A DNA stretch of 64,000 nt from Octopus sinensis (lineage: Eukaryota): NCBI RefSeq assembly GCF_006345805.1, contig NC_043004.1, forward strand, positions 18,352,001 through 18,416,000. The letters run 5' to 3'. A program made the translations under genes and the position numbers. The notes beneath the pieces were generated by a model. That model searched no databases. It saw nothing but the letters and a program-made list of their open reading frames with translations, and was not told where the DNA came from. Shown here piece after piece: positions 24,491 to 37,254 of the stretch. Numbering within the stretch: the first letter of the stretch is position 1; each line of letters begins with the position of its first letter.

Positions 24491-26987
24491 TTATGTTATA
24501 AATCTGAGATACATCATTATTTAATGTCTGTTTTTCCATGCAGGCATGGGTCAGACAGTTCAAGAGGAATTGACAAGCCTGTTGGCTGAGCTGAATTCCA
24601 ATGTCTACTTTGGCAAGGTTTCTACAGCTGGATGCCCATTAGAAAAGGAAAATAAATAAAATGCTGTTATTTAGTTTGTTAAATATATGCTATTAAAGCA
24701 ATTACTGAGGATGAAATGTAGAAAGTTATTTCCATCTAGCAGACTGACTAATTCAAAAGAACTAGATTTTTGTCATTCTAAAGAATGGAAAAGAAAACAT
24801 TCTCGCCTACAGTAGCACAGTCCTGCAGATGAATAAATATATAAACCATAGCATTAGTTGATATACAAGACATTAGGTCTCTTGTGGACTATTTCAGACT
24901 GAAGTTTGAACTTCTTTGCAACAGCTGTAAATAGCTATAAATTAATACAAGAAAAAAACAAACTTTTCTCTGACAATCCTCCAGAGATTCTTCAGCCAAA
25001 TTTCACTCACAAAGCTTTTATCAACCTGAGGCTCTAGCAAAAGGCACAAAGTACTATGCTATGTGATTGCACCTGAAACCCAGCAATTGCAAAACAAACT
25101 TCTTAACCTAAACATAACTGCATCCACAAAAGACTGCTTAAAATTTAACCACCTAGCATTCAGACTATTTTGTTAAATGTAATGCTTATTTATTCACATT
25201 GTTTTGAACTAATTATGCATTATCTCATAGCCTCAGGATTTTAATGATGTGATTGTTTTATTCTTTGAATGACGATGTAGGGTAAGTAGGAACATAAAAC
25301 AAGACTATTTTGGCTGGATATGGTTGGTTTACACACAAACACACACAACGAAAGGCATCTTTTAGTTTTCATCTACCAAATCCATTGACAAGGCTTTGGT
25401 CAACCTGAGGCTATAGCAGAAGACACATGCCCAAGGTGCCACACAGTAGAACTGAACCAGGAATCAAGCTTCTTGCCACACAACCAGACTAAGCAAAATT
25501 CTAACATTTTTTTTCTTTTTTCAAATAACTAAACTTGCAAAAACCATTTAACCCAAGCTGACATAAAAATAGGGAGACTGAATTGTAAAAATAAAGATCG
25601 TATTACGCAAATTAAAAATGCAATTTCAACGAAGCTATCTAGTTTCATTTGTGTTCATGTTTCTACTCTAAGACGTCAAGTGGTTATGTCAGTACAACCA
25701 TTCTCTGCTCCAGCCATTCACCAACTTTATACGGGGTTTTAAAAGTACAATGGCTGTTAAGGGTCATAAAGATCAAATTAGCATATTTGGTTACAGTAAG
25801 GAGATGAGGTATGGTGAAGTCTTAAACCACCTTTGTAGGACAAGAAAATTAAGATAAAAACCTATTAATAATTCATCAGGTGATAACAATTTAAAATCAT
25901 GATATACAGAAATATCAGACGGCGCAGCATGTTATGGTATTAATGTTGGGCAGCTTACTCTGGTGCCGCAACACAGAACAGTACCAAAACAGATGCTATA
26001 TACCATCTAATTCAAACTGACGGCACAGAAGAAGCAGGATCAGTCCCATTGCATGGCACCTTGGGCATGTGCCTTTGACTTCAGCCCTGGGCCAACACCA
26101 ATGCCTTGTGAATGAACTTGATAGATGGAAACTGTGAGGAAGCCCATCATGTGTGTGTGTTTTTGTCATCTCCACCCACTACCATCACAACTTGACAACT
26201 GCTTTAAACACTTTAGAACAGTTGACGTAAAACAGCTGGACACGGTCTACATGCTTTAAATAGGTTGACGTAAATTTACACCACTGGATTTGTGTACCTG
26301 CTTTGTACTTTGCTGAATGTTCTGACCTCAATCGATGTGATTACCTTGGCCATGTGCAGGCAACTTAATGCACCACTGCCGTGAAGTGGTTACATCCCCG
26401 TAACTTAGTGGGTTGGCAAAACCAGTGGCATAGCTTGAGGGCATGCCACCTGGAGCAGCTCTTGAGTTTGTCCCCACCCATCCCTATACAAGCTTATACC
26501 GCAGACCCAAAAATACTGCCCCACTAAAAGCGTTGCCTACAACAGATCACCCCTATCGCCCCCACCTCAAGTTACACTATTGTGCAAGGCAACAAATATG
26601 TAGAGGGAAGGAAGAGATAAAAGCAATTTACAGGGCCCTGCTACATGCCTAAAGGCAATGTTAATCCAGGAGGATTCAATTTGAAACACAGAAAGTTGTA
26701 TCTATATCAGGGTGTCAGGGCATCCAGCCCACCATCACACAATACATTCTCTCACATGACTAACCTTCCAAATAACAATGAGAACACCAATGATTTCTCA
26801 CATTCATCTGTTTAACAGCAGGGCACTCTAAAATCACATTGCAAAGGACCATTGACAAAGAAAGGGGACAAGAAGGGTAAAGAAGCTGGAAGGAGACCAG
26901 GACAGTGACATGAAACAGAGCTAGTTGTTGGAGAGATTGTGTTGTGACCCTATGTGGCTCGTGGCATAGAGAGAACTTACAAACTAA

Positions 26988-27205
26988 CCCTTTAACATTC
27001 AGATTATTCTGTTGAGAATAATGCTTATTTTCAAATTGGTTTGAACTAATTATGCATTATTTTGCTGCTTCAAGATTTCAATGATGCGATAGTATATTTA
27101 TAGAATGACATTTTACAGTAGGTGTGAGAAGCAGAATTTGATTAATTTGAACATAAAACATGTAGGATATTTAGGCCCAATGTGGCTGGCTTAAATGCTA
27201 GAGGG
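26988..27205. mobile_element. piggyBac-like MITE family P2
   Basis: CCCTTTAACATTCAGA...ATGCTAGAGGG termini with CTAA/TTAA flanks. Confidence 0.8.
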
Positions 27206-27391
27206 TTAAACACAGTTATAAGTTATAGAGAGATAGAGTTAATCTAATCTGCCTGTTACTGATACTTATTTTATTAATCCTGCAGGTTATGAAAGGTAAA
27301 AATGACTTTGGTGGAATTTGAATTTAAAACAAGAAGAATAAAAGACACAAGCGGCTGTGGGATTGAGAAGGGACGTAATGGTAAAGATTCA

Positions 27392-27618
27392 CCCTTTAGC
27401 ATTTCAACTGGTCATATCAGGTTCAAATATTCTACTTTGCTTTGTGTTCAAACCAACTGGGTCTGACCTCTCACGCATACACTACAATGTCATTCTAAAA
27501 ATAAAAAAACACGTCATCACAATCTTGCAGTTTTGAGATAGTACCTGATTAATTAAAAAAAAAAACAATGTAAATAAATAATCATTATGTTTGTCAGGTT
27601 AATCTGAATGCCACAGGG
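27392..27618. mobile_element. piggyBac-like MITE family P2, opposite orientation
   Basis: CCCTTTAGCATTT...GAATGCCACAGGG|TTAA; the interior is the reverse complement of 26988-27205. Confidence 0.75.
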
Positions 27619-27767
27619 TTAAATGATGATGATGATGATTGTTCTCTACAAAGAAACATAAACCAAACTCAGTACCACTTTTTTGTACTACACCTCTGTG
27701 CTCTGGTTAGGACCCTTTAACATTTAAGCCAACGATATTAAGCCTAATCATTCTAAAAATATATCAT

Positions 27768-28160
27768 CATCATTTAACATCTGTTGTCCATGCTGGCATG
27801 GATTGGACAGTTTGACCAGGCTGGCATGCTGGAAGGCTACACCAGACTCCAGTCTGATTTGGCATGGTTTTCTACGGTTGGATGCCCTTCCTAACACCAA
27901 CCACTCTGAGAGTGTAATGGGTGCTTTTACGTGCCACTGGCATGGGTGCCATTTGCATGACACCAGGATGCTCTTATGTGCCACTGGTACGGGTGCTAAT
28001 TTGCGTGACACCAGTATCTGCCACAACTGCGATTTTGCTTGGCTTGATGGGTTTTCTTCTCAAGCACAACATAATGCCAAAGGTTTTGGTCATTGCCTCT
28101 GTGAGTTTTAACATTCGAAAGGGACTCAGCCACTTTGCCCCCATAAGGCCCAATGCTCAC
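27768..28160 (-). mobile_element. RTE LINE 3' end including ORF stop region
   Basis: Minus-strand VLEKKTHQAK-like C-terminus followed by the 3' UTR and (GAT)n tail. Confidence 0.8.
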
Positions 28161-28689
28161 TGAAATTTCAAAGCTACAAGATAATGCAAGATTAACTAAA
28201 AGCAATGTGAATAAATAAGCATTAGATTTGGCAAAGTAATCTGAATGCTAATGGGTTAAACCCAAACAAATATTTTATCTCTCACTGCAAGATATTGATT
28301 TCTTGGATCATCTTAGCCAATCTGACACTCTTCCAAGAGAACACTTAAGTTTGACCAGCTTGACAAAATATTAGAATCCCATTAGATGGTGAAGCTGAGA
28401 GGCAGATACAGACCTTGAACATCTTTACAGTTGGAATTTTGTCAAACTATGAATAATCTCTATGTTAACAGTTGATAGTTGTTCAGAGGATATTTAACAA
28501 CTTCAATGATGGTAGTTGCTGATCAGTTCTGATCAAAAATTGACTTGTAAGCAATGACATTTTAGCCATGACAATCTCATCTGTTTTCTTTTTTCACATA
28601 CAGTGTATCTGTTCTTTTTGTTTAAGACAGTAGGGTGCAACAAATTATGAATATCACTCTCTTTGGCAAGATCAGGAAGGAAGACATCC

Positions 28690-29520
28690 TGGCATGGGTT
28701 GGACGGTTTGATTGAGGCTGGTAAGTTGGAAGGCTGCACCAGACTCCAGTCTGATTTGGCATGGTTTCTTCAACTGGATGCCCTTCCTAATGCCAACTAC
28801 TCCAAGAGTGTAATGGGTGCTTTTATGTGCCACCAGCACGGGTGCCATTTGCGAGACACCAGTATCTGCCATGACTGCAATTTTACTTGGCTTGATGAGT
28901 CTTCTCAAGCATGACATAATGCCAAAGGTCTCAGTTATTCCTCATTGCCTTCATGAGGCCCAACAACTCAAAAGATACTTTTCACATACCACCGGCCACT
29001 TTACCTCTGTGAGGCCCAATGCTCAAAAGGTACTTTTTATGTTCCAGTTACATGACACCAGCATCAGCCAGGACTATGATTTCACTTGGCTTGCTGGGTC
29101 TTCTCAAGCACAGCAAAGCGCCAAAAGTCTCGGTCACTAGTCATTGCCTTAGTGTGACCCAAAATTTGAAGATCATGCTTCACCATCTTGTCCCATATCT
29201 TCCTGGGTTTACCTCTTCCACAGGTTCCCTCCACAGTTAAAGAACAGCACTTCTTTATACAGCTGTCCTCGTCCATATACATCACATGACTATACCAGCA
29301 CAGTTGTCTCTCTTGCACACCACATCTGATTCCTCTTATGCCTAACTTATCTCTAAACATGCTTACACTCTGTCGAACATGTACACTAACATTGCACATC
29401 CAAAAAAGCATACTGCCTTCATTTCTTTCAAGCCTACACTTGTCTTCAGCTGTCACATCCCATATACCACTGCCATATAGCATAGCTGTTCACACACAGG
29501 CATCATACAGTCTGCCTTTC
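28690..29520 (-). mobile_element. 5'-truncated RTE LINE (RT C-terminus + 3' UTR)
   Basis: ORF 29082-29483: LYGSGIWDVTAEDKCRLERNEGSML.WMCNVS...LGIRGIRCGVQERQLCWYSHV..MDEDSCIKKC..L.VEGTCGRGKPRKIW, typical RTE C-terminal motifs. Confidence 0.92.
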
Positions 29521-29544
29521 ACTCTTATAAAATATAAAAATATA

Positions 29545-29760
29545 ACAAGGCGGCAAACTGGCAGAATCATTAACATGATGGCAAACCACTTAGTGGTATT
29601 TTGTGTTTGACATTCTGAGTTCAAATTCCGCTTAGGTCGACTTTGCCTTTCATCCTTTTGGGGTCGATAAATTAAGTACCAGTTGCATACTGGGGACAAT
29701 CTACTCAACTGGCCCCACCCCCAAAATTATAGGCCTTGTGCCTTGAATAGAAAAGAATAT
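29545..29760 (+). mobile_element. tRNA-derived SINE, family B
   Basis: AAGGCGGCAAACTGGCAGAATC...TTCTGAGTTCAAATTCCGC..AGGTCGACTTTGCCTTTCATCC. Confidence 0.9.
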
Positions 29761-29894
29761 AAAAATATAACAGGATTTTTTTATGCATCCAATGGCTAGG
29801 GATTGATGGGGGAGCACCTGAATGGGAAAAAATCAAAGGGATCCACAGGTAAAAAATGGTTGAGAACCATCGATGTAAATGAAAAGTGTAATTA

Positions 29895-30270
29895 GCCTGC
29901 TTACCAACCACATGGTTCTGGATTCAGTTTCACTGCGTGGCACCTTGGGCAAGTGTCTTCTACTATAGCCTTGGGCCGACCAAAGCCTTGTGAGTGGATT
30001 TGGTAGACGGAGACTGAAAGAAGCCCGTCATATATACATATGTGTGTGAGTGTATATTTATGTGTCTGCGTTTGTCCACCACCCACAATCGCTTGACAAC
30101 TGATGTTGATGTGTTTACATCCCCGTAACTTAGCGGTTCAGCAGAAGAGACAGATAGAATAAGTACTAGGTTTACAAAGAATAAGTCCTGGGGTCAATTT
30201 GTTCGACTAAAGGCAGTGCTCCAGCATGGCCACAGTCAAACGACTGAAACAAGTAAAAGGATAAAAGAAT
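29895..30270 (+). mobile_element. tRNA-derived SINE, family A (nearly full length, young)
   Basis: Close to family consensus through the tail GACTGAAACAAGTAAAAG. Confidence 0.9.
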
Positions 30271-30366
30271 CTTAACTATGCAGTCATGTCTGTACTGATA
30301 TTTACAAAAACTAGTTTTAGCAGTATGGCAGCTTGGAGGAAGATATTTTCTGAACCAGGTCATTTG

Positions 30367-30818
30367 GTACATTATTCACATTTGACAGATATGTCCTCAT
30401 CTTGATTGTTGTTAACACAACATTTTGGCTGATATACCCTCCAGCCTTCATCAGGTGTCTTGGAGGAAATTCCTAAGGTATTTTTTGATATTATTATTAT
30501 TATTATTCAGGTCACTGCCTGGAATCAAACTCAGAATCTTGGGGTTAGTAGCCCGCGCTCTTAACCACTATGCCATATGCCCATGGGCACACTACTAATC
30601 TCAAGATTCCAAGTTTGATTCCAGGCAGTGACCTGAATAAATAATACTGATACTAATAATAATAATAATAATAATAACAACAATAACATCGAAAAATACC
30701 TTAGGAATGAGAACCCAGGTTTGAAATTTCCCCAACACACCTGATGAAGGATGAAGGGTATATCAGCTGAAACATTGTGCTAACAACAAAGATGAAGACA
30801 AATATCCGTCAAATGCAA
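30367..30818. mobile_element. Palindromic tRNA-head + hammerhead element (family H1, copy 2)
   Basis: Centre GCCC-AT-GGGC at 30583-30584. The left arm has an intact minus-strand tRNA head; the right head lacks the A box. Both hammerhead motifs (30414-30459 minus, 30737-30779 plus) are mutated. Confidence 0.88.
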
Positions 30819-30829
30819 TATCATTATTA

Positions 30830-31280
30830 TCAAGGTAGTGAGCTGGTAGAATCTTTAGCATGCCAGGCAAAAAGCTTAGCAGTAATTCGTCATTCTTTGC
30901 GTTCCAAGTTCAAATTTTGCCTTTCATCCTTTCGGGGGTCAATGAAATAAGTACCAGTTACGTACTGGGGTCAATGTAATCAACCAGCATCCCTCTCCCA
31001 AAGTTTCAGGCCTTGTGCCTATAATAGAAAGGACTATTATTATTATTATTATTATTATTATTAAGGTGATGAGCTGGCAGAATCATTAGCATAATGGACA
31101 AAATGCTTAGCAGCATTTTGTCTGTCCTTATGTTCTGAGTTCAAATTCCACTGGGGTCAACTTTACCTTTCATCCTTTTGGGATCAATGAAATAAGTACC
31201 AGTTACACACTGGGGTCGATGTAATCAACTAGTCCCCTCCCCCAAAGTTTCAGGCCTTGAAACTATAGTAGAAAGGGTTA
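30830..31280 (+). mobile_element. Two tandem family B SINEs separated by (ATT)n
   Basis: Both start AAGGT.GTGAGCTGG.AGAATC and end AGGCCTTG...ATA.TAGAAAGG. Confidence 0.85.
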
Positions 31281-31307
31281 TCATCATCATCAAGTACTTG
31301 GGTTTAA

Positions 31308-31528
31308 CCCTTTTGTTACCAACCCAGCCGAAACCGCCTCTGGCTCTGTAGTACAAATGTCTTGTTTTCTTAAGCTTTGAATAAAAATCTTCCACCAAAC
31401 CTTAGTCACAATTTATGTTCCTAACACTAGCTGAATGGTAACTAAGTTATTTTACTAAATTCTTTGTCATATTTAAAATAATTGAAAGAAACACAGAGCA
31501 TCTCAAAATAAATACGGTAATGAAAGGG
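31308..31528. mobile_element. piggyBac-like MITE family P1
   Basis: TTAA|CCCTTTTGTTACC...GGTAATGAAAGGG|TTAA. Confidence 0.88.
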
Positions 31529-32514
31529 TTAAAGGTATTAACAAATCTTCCCCTACTCCCTCAAAACTGCTAGTCGTGTAATGAAATCAGAAACCATTAT
31601 TATTGTTGCTGCTGCTGCCGCTAGATAGGGTCTGCTTTGGTTTTTATTCTATTTTTAATCCTCAGGTGACATCCGGATTACTTACAGTTAAAATGTCAAA
31701 AGATATTTTCCAGTTTTGATAATGACTAATACCACAGCTGTTGCATTTGAAATTATTTTCCTTTGTTTATTTTCCAAGGTCTTTTCCTTAACAATTTAGA
31801 ATTGTTGGAAGTAGATCTTAATTGGAAAGATAAAGAATTTATGAAAGGGTGTGTACCTTTGTGAGTTATTCACAGCAAGAACACTCTAGGATGAGCTATA
31901 TGCTGTGGTATTTACCAAAATCAAAATCAAACCATTCTTCGTTTTTTCTTGCATTAAGTCAACAGCTGCTGGACCAGATGCTACGCCAAATAATTATCCT
32001 CTTAAGTGTTACTGTCAGCAACAGGGAGTGTTTGTTTCAAGAGATATATTTTACAAGCTGTTTGAGAGGGGTGTGAAAGGAGGGAGGTAAATATAAATTT
32101 GTATTAGGAAGTATGTATATACAAAAAAAATGGTAAAAGAACTGTTATTACAAAAGGTTAACTGGCAGACGTTGAATGTAAAGAGTTACATCATTGTTGG
32201 ATCGCTTGAAATAACTCTTTGTTATCAGCAGCCTTACAGTCTATATTAGAACAAGCCTTAATTATTAAGGACTAACTGGTGAGTCAGACCTCTGAAAATG
32301 GATTAGAGATGCAGGCTATTTTCATCTTGGCTCTACATGCCTTCAGGAATTCTGAACACAAAAGTTCCCTACACAAAGTAATTTACCCAAAACAATGAAG
32401 TGAGAGTCAACAACAATTTCAGTGAAAAATTTAGTATGAAGGCCGGAGTCCATAAGATTCAGTTTTTATTCTCTCTTGTTCATCATAGTCTTATAAGCCA
32501 TCACTGAGACGTTT

Positions 32515-32738
32515 AAAACCGTTCAGTGTTTGGGTTACTCTGTCAAATGTAATGTTTATTTATTCACACTGCTTTCAATTAATCATGCCTTATCTCGTTG
32601 CTTTGAGATTTCAATGATGTGATTCTTTATTTTTAGAGTAACAGTGTAGGGTAGGTGTGAGACACAGGATCTGGTTGGCTGGAACATAAAGCAAGCAAAA
32701 TATTTACGTCATATATGGTCGGTCTAAATGCTAAAGGG
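32515..32738. mobile_element. piggyBac-like MITE family P2
   Basis: Interior matches P2; ends AAATGCTAAAGGG|TTAA. Confidence 0.75.
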
Positions 32739-32893
32739 TTAAAACGTGCTGTCCAAGGGAATTCCTATATACTAATGATCTAATTCTCATAGCTGAGATT
32801 ACTCCAATTGCAAAAGTTTTGCTAATGACCATTGCATACCTAATATTTTAATGATGTCAAATAAATTCATCACAAGCAACAACATGGTAAACA

Positions 32894-34059
32894 CAGGCTG
32901 TTCAAGCTAAATTTGATAATTTTTTTTGTGTCCACGTCTTTCAGGAACAGCTCAATGTATTGGGAAACAGTCAATGGCATTGAAGAGCATAAAGATCAAA
33001 GTTGTAGCTGAGAAAAGGTTAGTTGACATGGAGGAGTGGAAGCCATCTGAATATTTGAAAAAAGTTACCTGTATCATGATGATTCAACTAGGTGTTAAAA
33101 TGGCCACACCATAATGGCTTCTCAAGGTTCTAAGAACACTGTAAAAGTTAATACATGACATGGACATCATGGAAACCAAGTTTCCCCAATGTGACATTTG
33201 GGCATCTCCAATGAGAGGACATTATGCCACCCCACACTTTTGAACAGGGCTTTAGGCTCAATTCAGATAATTATGTGAAGCCGCTAAAGATTGTGGTCAA
33301 ACCCTGACTGGAGAAGGTTGCCGCTGGAAAGCCATACATGTGACAGTAGGATCTGGCTCCTTGCCATACCTCTGGAAAGAGTCAGACATGGTTGTCGGGA
33401 ACTTCTATGCCTTCACTAGCCCCAATTTCTAATCTCTTAATCCCCACTAATTGTAATTCTATAGATTCCTATGAGTGAGGGCAGTTGAGTATAACAACAA
33501 CCACTTTGTTTACAATGCCAAGCTGAGCTAGGGGCAATGAAGAAGGAGGTGTTCAAAGAGCTTCCAAGGGACACAGTGAGAAACACAGGTTGCAGAGCTG
33601 TTTTGAGGCTGTAGTGGAAGGCAGCTACTTTGAGTAAAGTGTTGTCTCCCAACTATAATCTAATTCTGTTGTGTCTGGGGAAAGTCATTCTCTTTTAGTG
33701 CCTTATAATTTAACATACTCATTGGTAAAGTTTCCATTTATTAAAATTTTCATTGCGTCTTTCAACCTTTTCAAAGGTTGCAAGATGCAATGAAAATTTT
33801 AGAAAAATAATTAAGTAAATGAGTGAAAACTTTACCGGTGAGTGTGTTAAATAATAAGGCACTAAAAAAGAATGATTCTCCCCAGACACAACAGAATATG
33901 CTTCAACACACGAACTCACAAAGAATCTCGCAAACCAAATCCAAAAACGAAATATAATCTAATTGACATATCTTAGATTTTTTTTTTTAAATACTTTTAT
34001 TTTTGGGTGGAAAATTATGAATTTGTTTTCATTTATACAAATTTAGCTTGAACACCCTG
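32894..34059 (+). mobile_element. Degraded Tc1/mariner element, maT (DD37D)-like
   Basis: TIRs CAGG.TGTTCAAGCTAAATTTG at both ends, with TA at 34060-61 (CA on the left). Pseudo-translation DIMPPHTFEQGFRLNSDNYVK...VVKP*LEKVAAGKPYM*Q*DLAPCHTSGKSQTWL...KEVFKELPRDTV. Confidence 0.85.
33666..33952. mobile_element. Fold-back family F1 copy nested in the maT element
   Basis: Symmetry centre TTCAACCTTTTCAAAGGTTGCAA (~33762-33783); flanked by TATAATCTAATT direct repeats (33654-33665, 33953-33964). Confidence 0.8.
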
Positions 34060-34508
34060 TATATCACCACAAAGCTGTTCAGAATGCATAGCAATATATC
34101 ATCAGTAAAGTCATCATTGGACTCTTTATCTTCAGAATAAATACACTGCGAAACAGACGAGATTTTATTTGCACAACAAAAGCTTTGCATTTCATGAAAA
34201 ACAAATTCAAATAATTACTGGTATCAAGTTTACTCAATGTCATTATCATCATAATCATCATTTCAACATCCACTTTTTCATGCTTGCATGGGTGTGACAG
34301 AATTTGTTGAGACAGATTTTGTACAGCTGGATGCACTTCCGGTCACCAAACCTCATTTGTTTCAAAGTAAGGTAATATTTCATCATTGCCTGACATGGTT
34401 TCTATGGAAGATTGGGCAAAAACTCTGAGTAGCAGTTTTTTAATGATATTTTTGTGATGTTTTAGCAGCTTTAAGAATAAAGCACATTACTCTATCTCTA
34501 ATAATATA

Positions 34509-34562
<54 letters not shown>

Positions 34563-34824
34563 GAGTATAGGACATCACCAACAGTAAACAACATGAAATT
34601 TGAAAACAAATGAGTTAAATACGCAAAGAAGAGAAAAAAGGACAGGGAGTAGATAGACAGCCGACAACTGATGAAGAGTCATTCTTTGTATTACTTGTCC
34701 TTTTCTTCCTCTCCTTACACATATATTTATTTATATTATTATTTAATTGAACGCCACCCATCCATTTCAAAGTAAGTTTATCTTATTCTATTTCTGTGTT
34801 ATTATGTATGTATGTATATATATT

Positions 34825-35050
34825 TCTTTACTGCCCACAAGGGGCTAAACATAGAGGGGACAAGCAAGGACAGACACATGGATTAAGTCGATTACATCGA
34901 CCCCAGTGCGTAACTGGTACTTTATTTATCGACCCCGAAAGGATGAAAGGCAAAGTCGACCTCGGCGGAATTTTAACTCAGAACGTAACGACAGACGAAA
35001 TACGGCAACGCATTTCGCCCGTCATGCTAACGTTTCTGCCAGCTCGCCAC
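34825..35050 (-). mobile_element. tRNA-derived SINE, family B (young)
   Basis: CGACCCCAGTGCGTAACTGGTAC...GGCAAAGTCGACCTCGGCGGAAT...GCTAACGTTTCTGCCAGCTCGCC. Confidence 0.92.
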
Positions 35051-35569
35051 CTTATATATCTTCATAATTAACATCGTCTAATGTTTGTTTTCCATGCTGG
35101 CATGGGTTGGGCGGTTTGAGACACACACACACATACATTCAAAAATAGAACAAAAGCTACATTTAAACAGAACCGCAAAATAAAAAACATAAACAATACA
35201 GTATAAAGAGAACAGAACTTCAAATTTCAGGAAGGAAGAAACACTTGAAAGAGATAAATTATTCGCAATGCCTCTTAAATGATAAATTCAGTACAGACAA
35301 TACACAGCATTCTCACAACACTTTACACACACATATCTGAGATATATTCTTTTATTCTCTTACTTGTTTCAGTCATTTGACTGTGGCCATGCTGGATTAG
35401 CGCCTTGAAGGATTTTAGCTGAACAAATCAACACCAGGACTTGTTTTTTTTAAGCCTGGTACTTATTCTATCAGTCTTTTTTCTGAACTGCTAGGTTACA
35501 GGGATGTAAACTCACTAACATTAGCTGTCAAGCGGTGATGGGGGTGACAAACAGACACAAATACATAGA

Positions 35570-35975
35570 TGAACTATCCGATGCCAGTGCCAGTGGCACA
35601 TAAAAAGCACCATTTGAACGTAGTCAATGCCAGTTCCGCCTAAATGACACCTGTGCCGGTTGCATGTGAAAAGCACCATTTGAGTTTGGTCAATGCCAGT
35701 ACCACCTGACTGGCATCCGTGCCAGTGGCATATAAAAAGCACCATTTGAGTGTGGACGATGCCAGTACTGCCTAACTGGCACCCGTGCCAGTGACATATA
35801 AAAAGCACCCACTACACTCTCAGAGTGGTAGGTGTTAGGAAGGACATCCAACTGTAGAAACTTTGCCAGATCAGATTGGAGCCTGGTGCAGCTTCACAGC
35901 TAGCCAGTTCTCAGTCAAACCATCCAACCCATGTCAGAATGGAAAGTAGACATTAAACAACAATGATGAGGATGG
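35570..35975 (+). mobile_element. RTE LINE 3' UTR with internal ~62-bp tandem repeats
   Basis: Four GTGGCACATAAAAAGCACCATTTGA-type units, then the conserved GTTAGGAAGG.CATCCA block and tail. Confidence 0.85.
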
Positions 35976-36014
35976 TATATATGTGTGTGTGCGCGTGTGT
36001 GTGTGTATATATAT

Positions 36015-36336
36015 AGGCGCAGGAGTGGCTGTGTGGTAAGTAGCTTGCTAACCAGCCACATAGTTCTGGGTTCAGTCCCACTGCGTGGCATCTTGGGCAA
36101 GTGTCTTCTGCTATAGCCTCGGGCTGACCAAAGCCTTGTGAGTGGATTTGGTAGACGAAAACTGAAAGAAGCCTGTCGTATATATGTATATATATATATA
36201 TATGTGTGTGTGTGTATGTTTGTGTGTCTGTGTTTGTCCCTCTAGCATTGCTTGACAACCGATGCTGGTGTGTTTACGTCCCCGTAACTTAGCGGTTCGC
36301 AAAAGAGACCGATAGAATAAGTACTGGGCTTACAAA
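36015..36336 (+). mobile_element. tRNA-derived SINE, family A (young, 3' truncated)
   Basis: GGCGCAGGAGTGGCTGTGTGGTAAGTAGCTTGC...GGTTCAGTCCCACTGCGTGGC; CpGs largely retained. Confidence 0.93.
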
Positions 36337-37254
36337 GTTTCTTACCACCCGGCCACACCGTCGACTACTTTAATTTCTTGATTGTTCATTTTCAAAGTCA
36401 ATGGATGAAATTGTTTATAATTTTTGTATATCTCTTTTCTTTTTCAAAATAAAAGCTTTAAATAATGCTTAACAATATATCTATTATGGGAATAAACCAT
36501 ATGATGATCTATTAACCAATAATGCATTTCACATAATGAATTTATTGACAATATGTTGATTCACATATTGACAATATATTGGTTTGCAATTTCATTACCT
36601 TGTAATTAAATTACAAAATGTATTTACCATAATATAATTAATTATATGAAATGAATTCACAATAAACCATATTAATTCCAAAGTGTATTATGTGTGTGTG
36701 TGTGGTAAGATGAAAGTGCTTGTTTTTCAACCACAGTTTTCCGATTCAGTCCACTGTACAGTACCAACAGAAACTGTGTGGAAGCCCACCATCTGTAAAT
36801 GTGTGTGTGCGTAAATATATATATATACTTACACACACATGTATACACACACATGTAATGTAGGTGTGTTTATGTTTGTACTCCACCACCACATGACAAC
36901 ATGTGTCGGTTCGTTTATGTTCCCATCACTTGCAGCAGAAATTAGCAATAGAATATGTACCAGACTGTAAATGGCAAATATATGTGCTGGAAGCAATTTG
37001 CTTACTCAGCATCTTGCCTGACATGCTGCTGGTTTTACCAGTTCCTTACCATAATAATAATTCTTTCTACAATAGGCATAAAGCCTGAAATTATCGGGAA
37101 AGGGGCTAGTTGATTATATCGACCCCCAGCATTCAACTGTTGCTTATTTTAATGACCCTGATAGAATGAAAGATCATACTGACTGCAGTAGAATTTGAAC
37201 TCAGAAAATAAAGAAGAAACATCACTATGCATTTTGTCTGACATGCTAACAAAA

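Noticed and set aside
25959-26006. 48-nt minus-strand candidate exon (WYIASVLVLFCVAAP|GTAAGC)
   Set aside because: Poor acceptor and no homology to the expected gene.
31686-31737. 52-nt minus-strand micro-exon candidate (CGISHYQNWKISFDILT|GTAAGT)
   Set aside because: No recognisable homology; splice-like sites of this quality occur by chance in 40 kb.
31849-32090. Two short + strand ORFs
   Set aside because: No gene context; KSTAAGPDA resembles a decayed LINE RT PGPD motif rather than a host exon.
34060-34150. Candidate NBEAL exon on the minus strand (CIYSEDKESNDDFTDDILLCILNSFVVIYR, reminiscent of ...ILLVKFFIILCR)
   Set aside because: The apparent end and weak GTGTTC donor are supplied by the maT TIR, no valid donor exists in the reconstructed empty site, and the similarity is only compositional.
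34660-34700. CTGATGA motif in a (TA)n-adjacent repeat
   Set aside because: No downstream GAAA or stem III/stem I complement.
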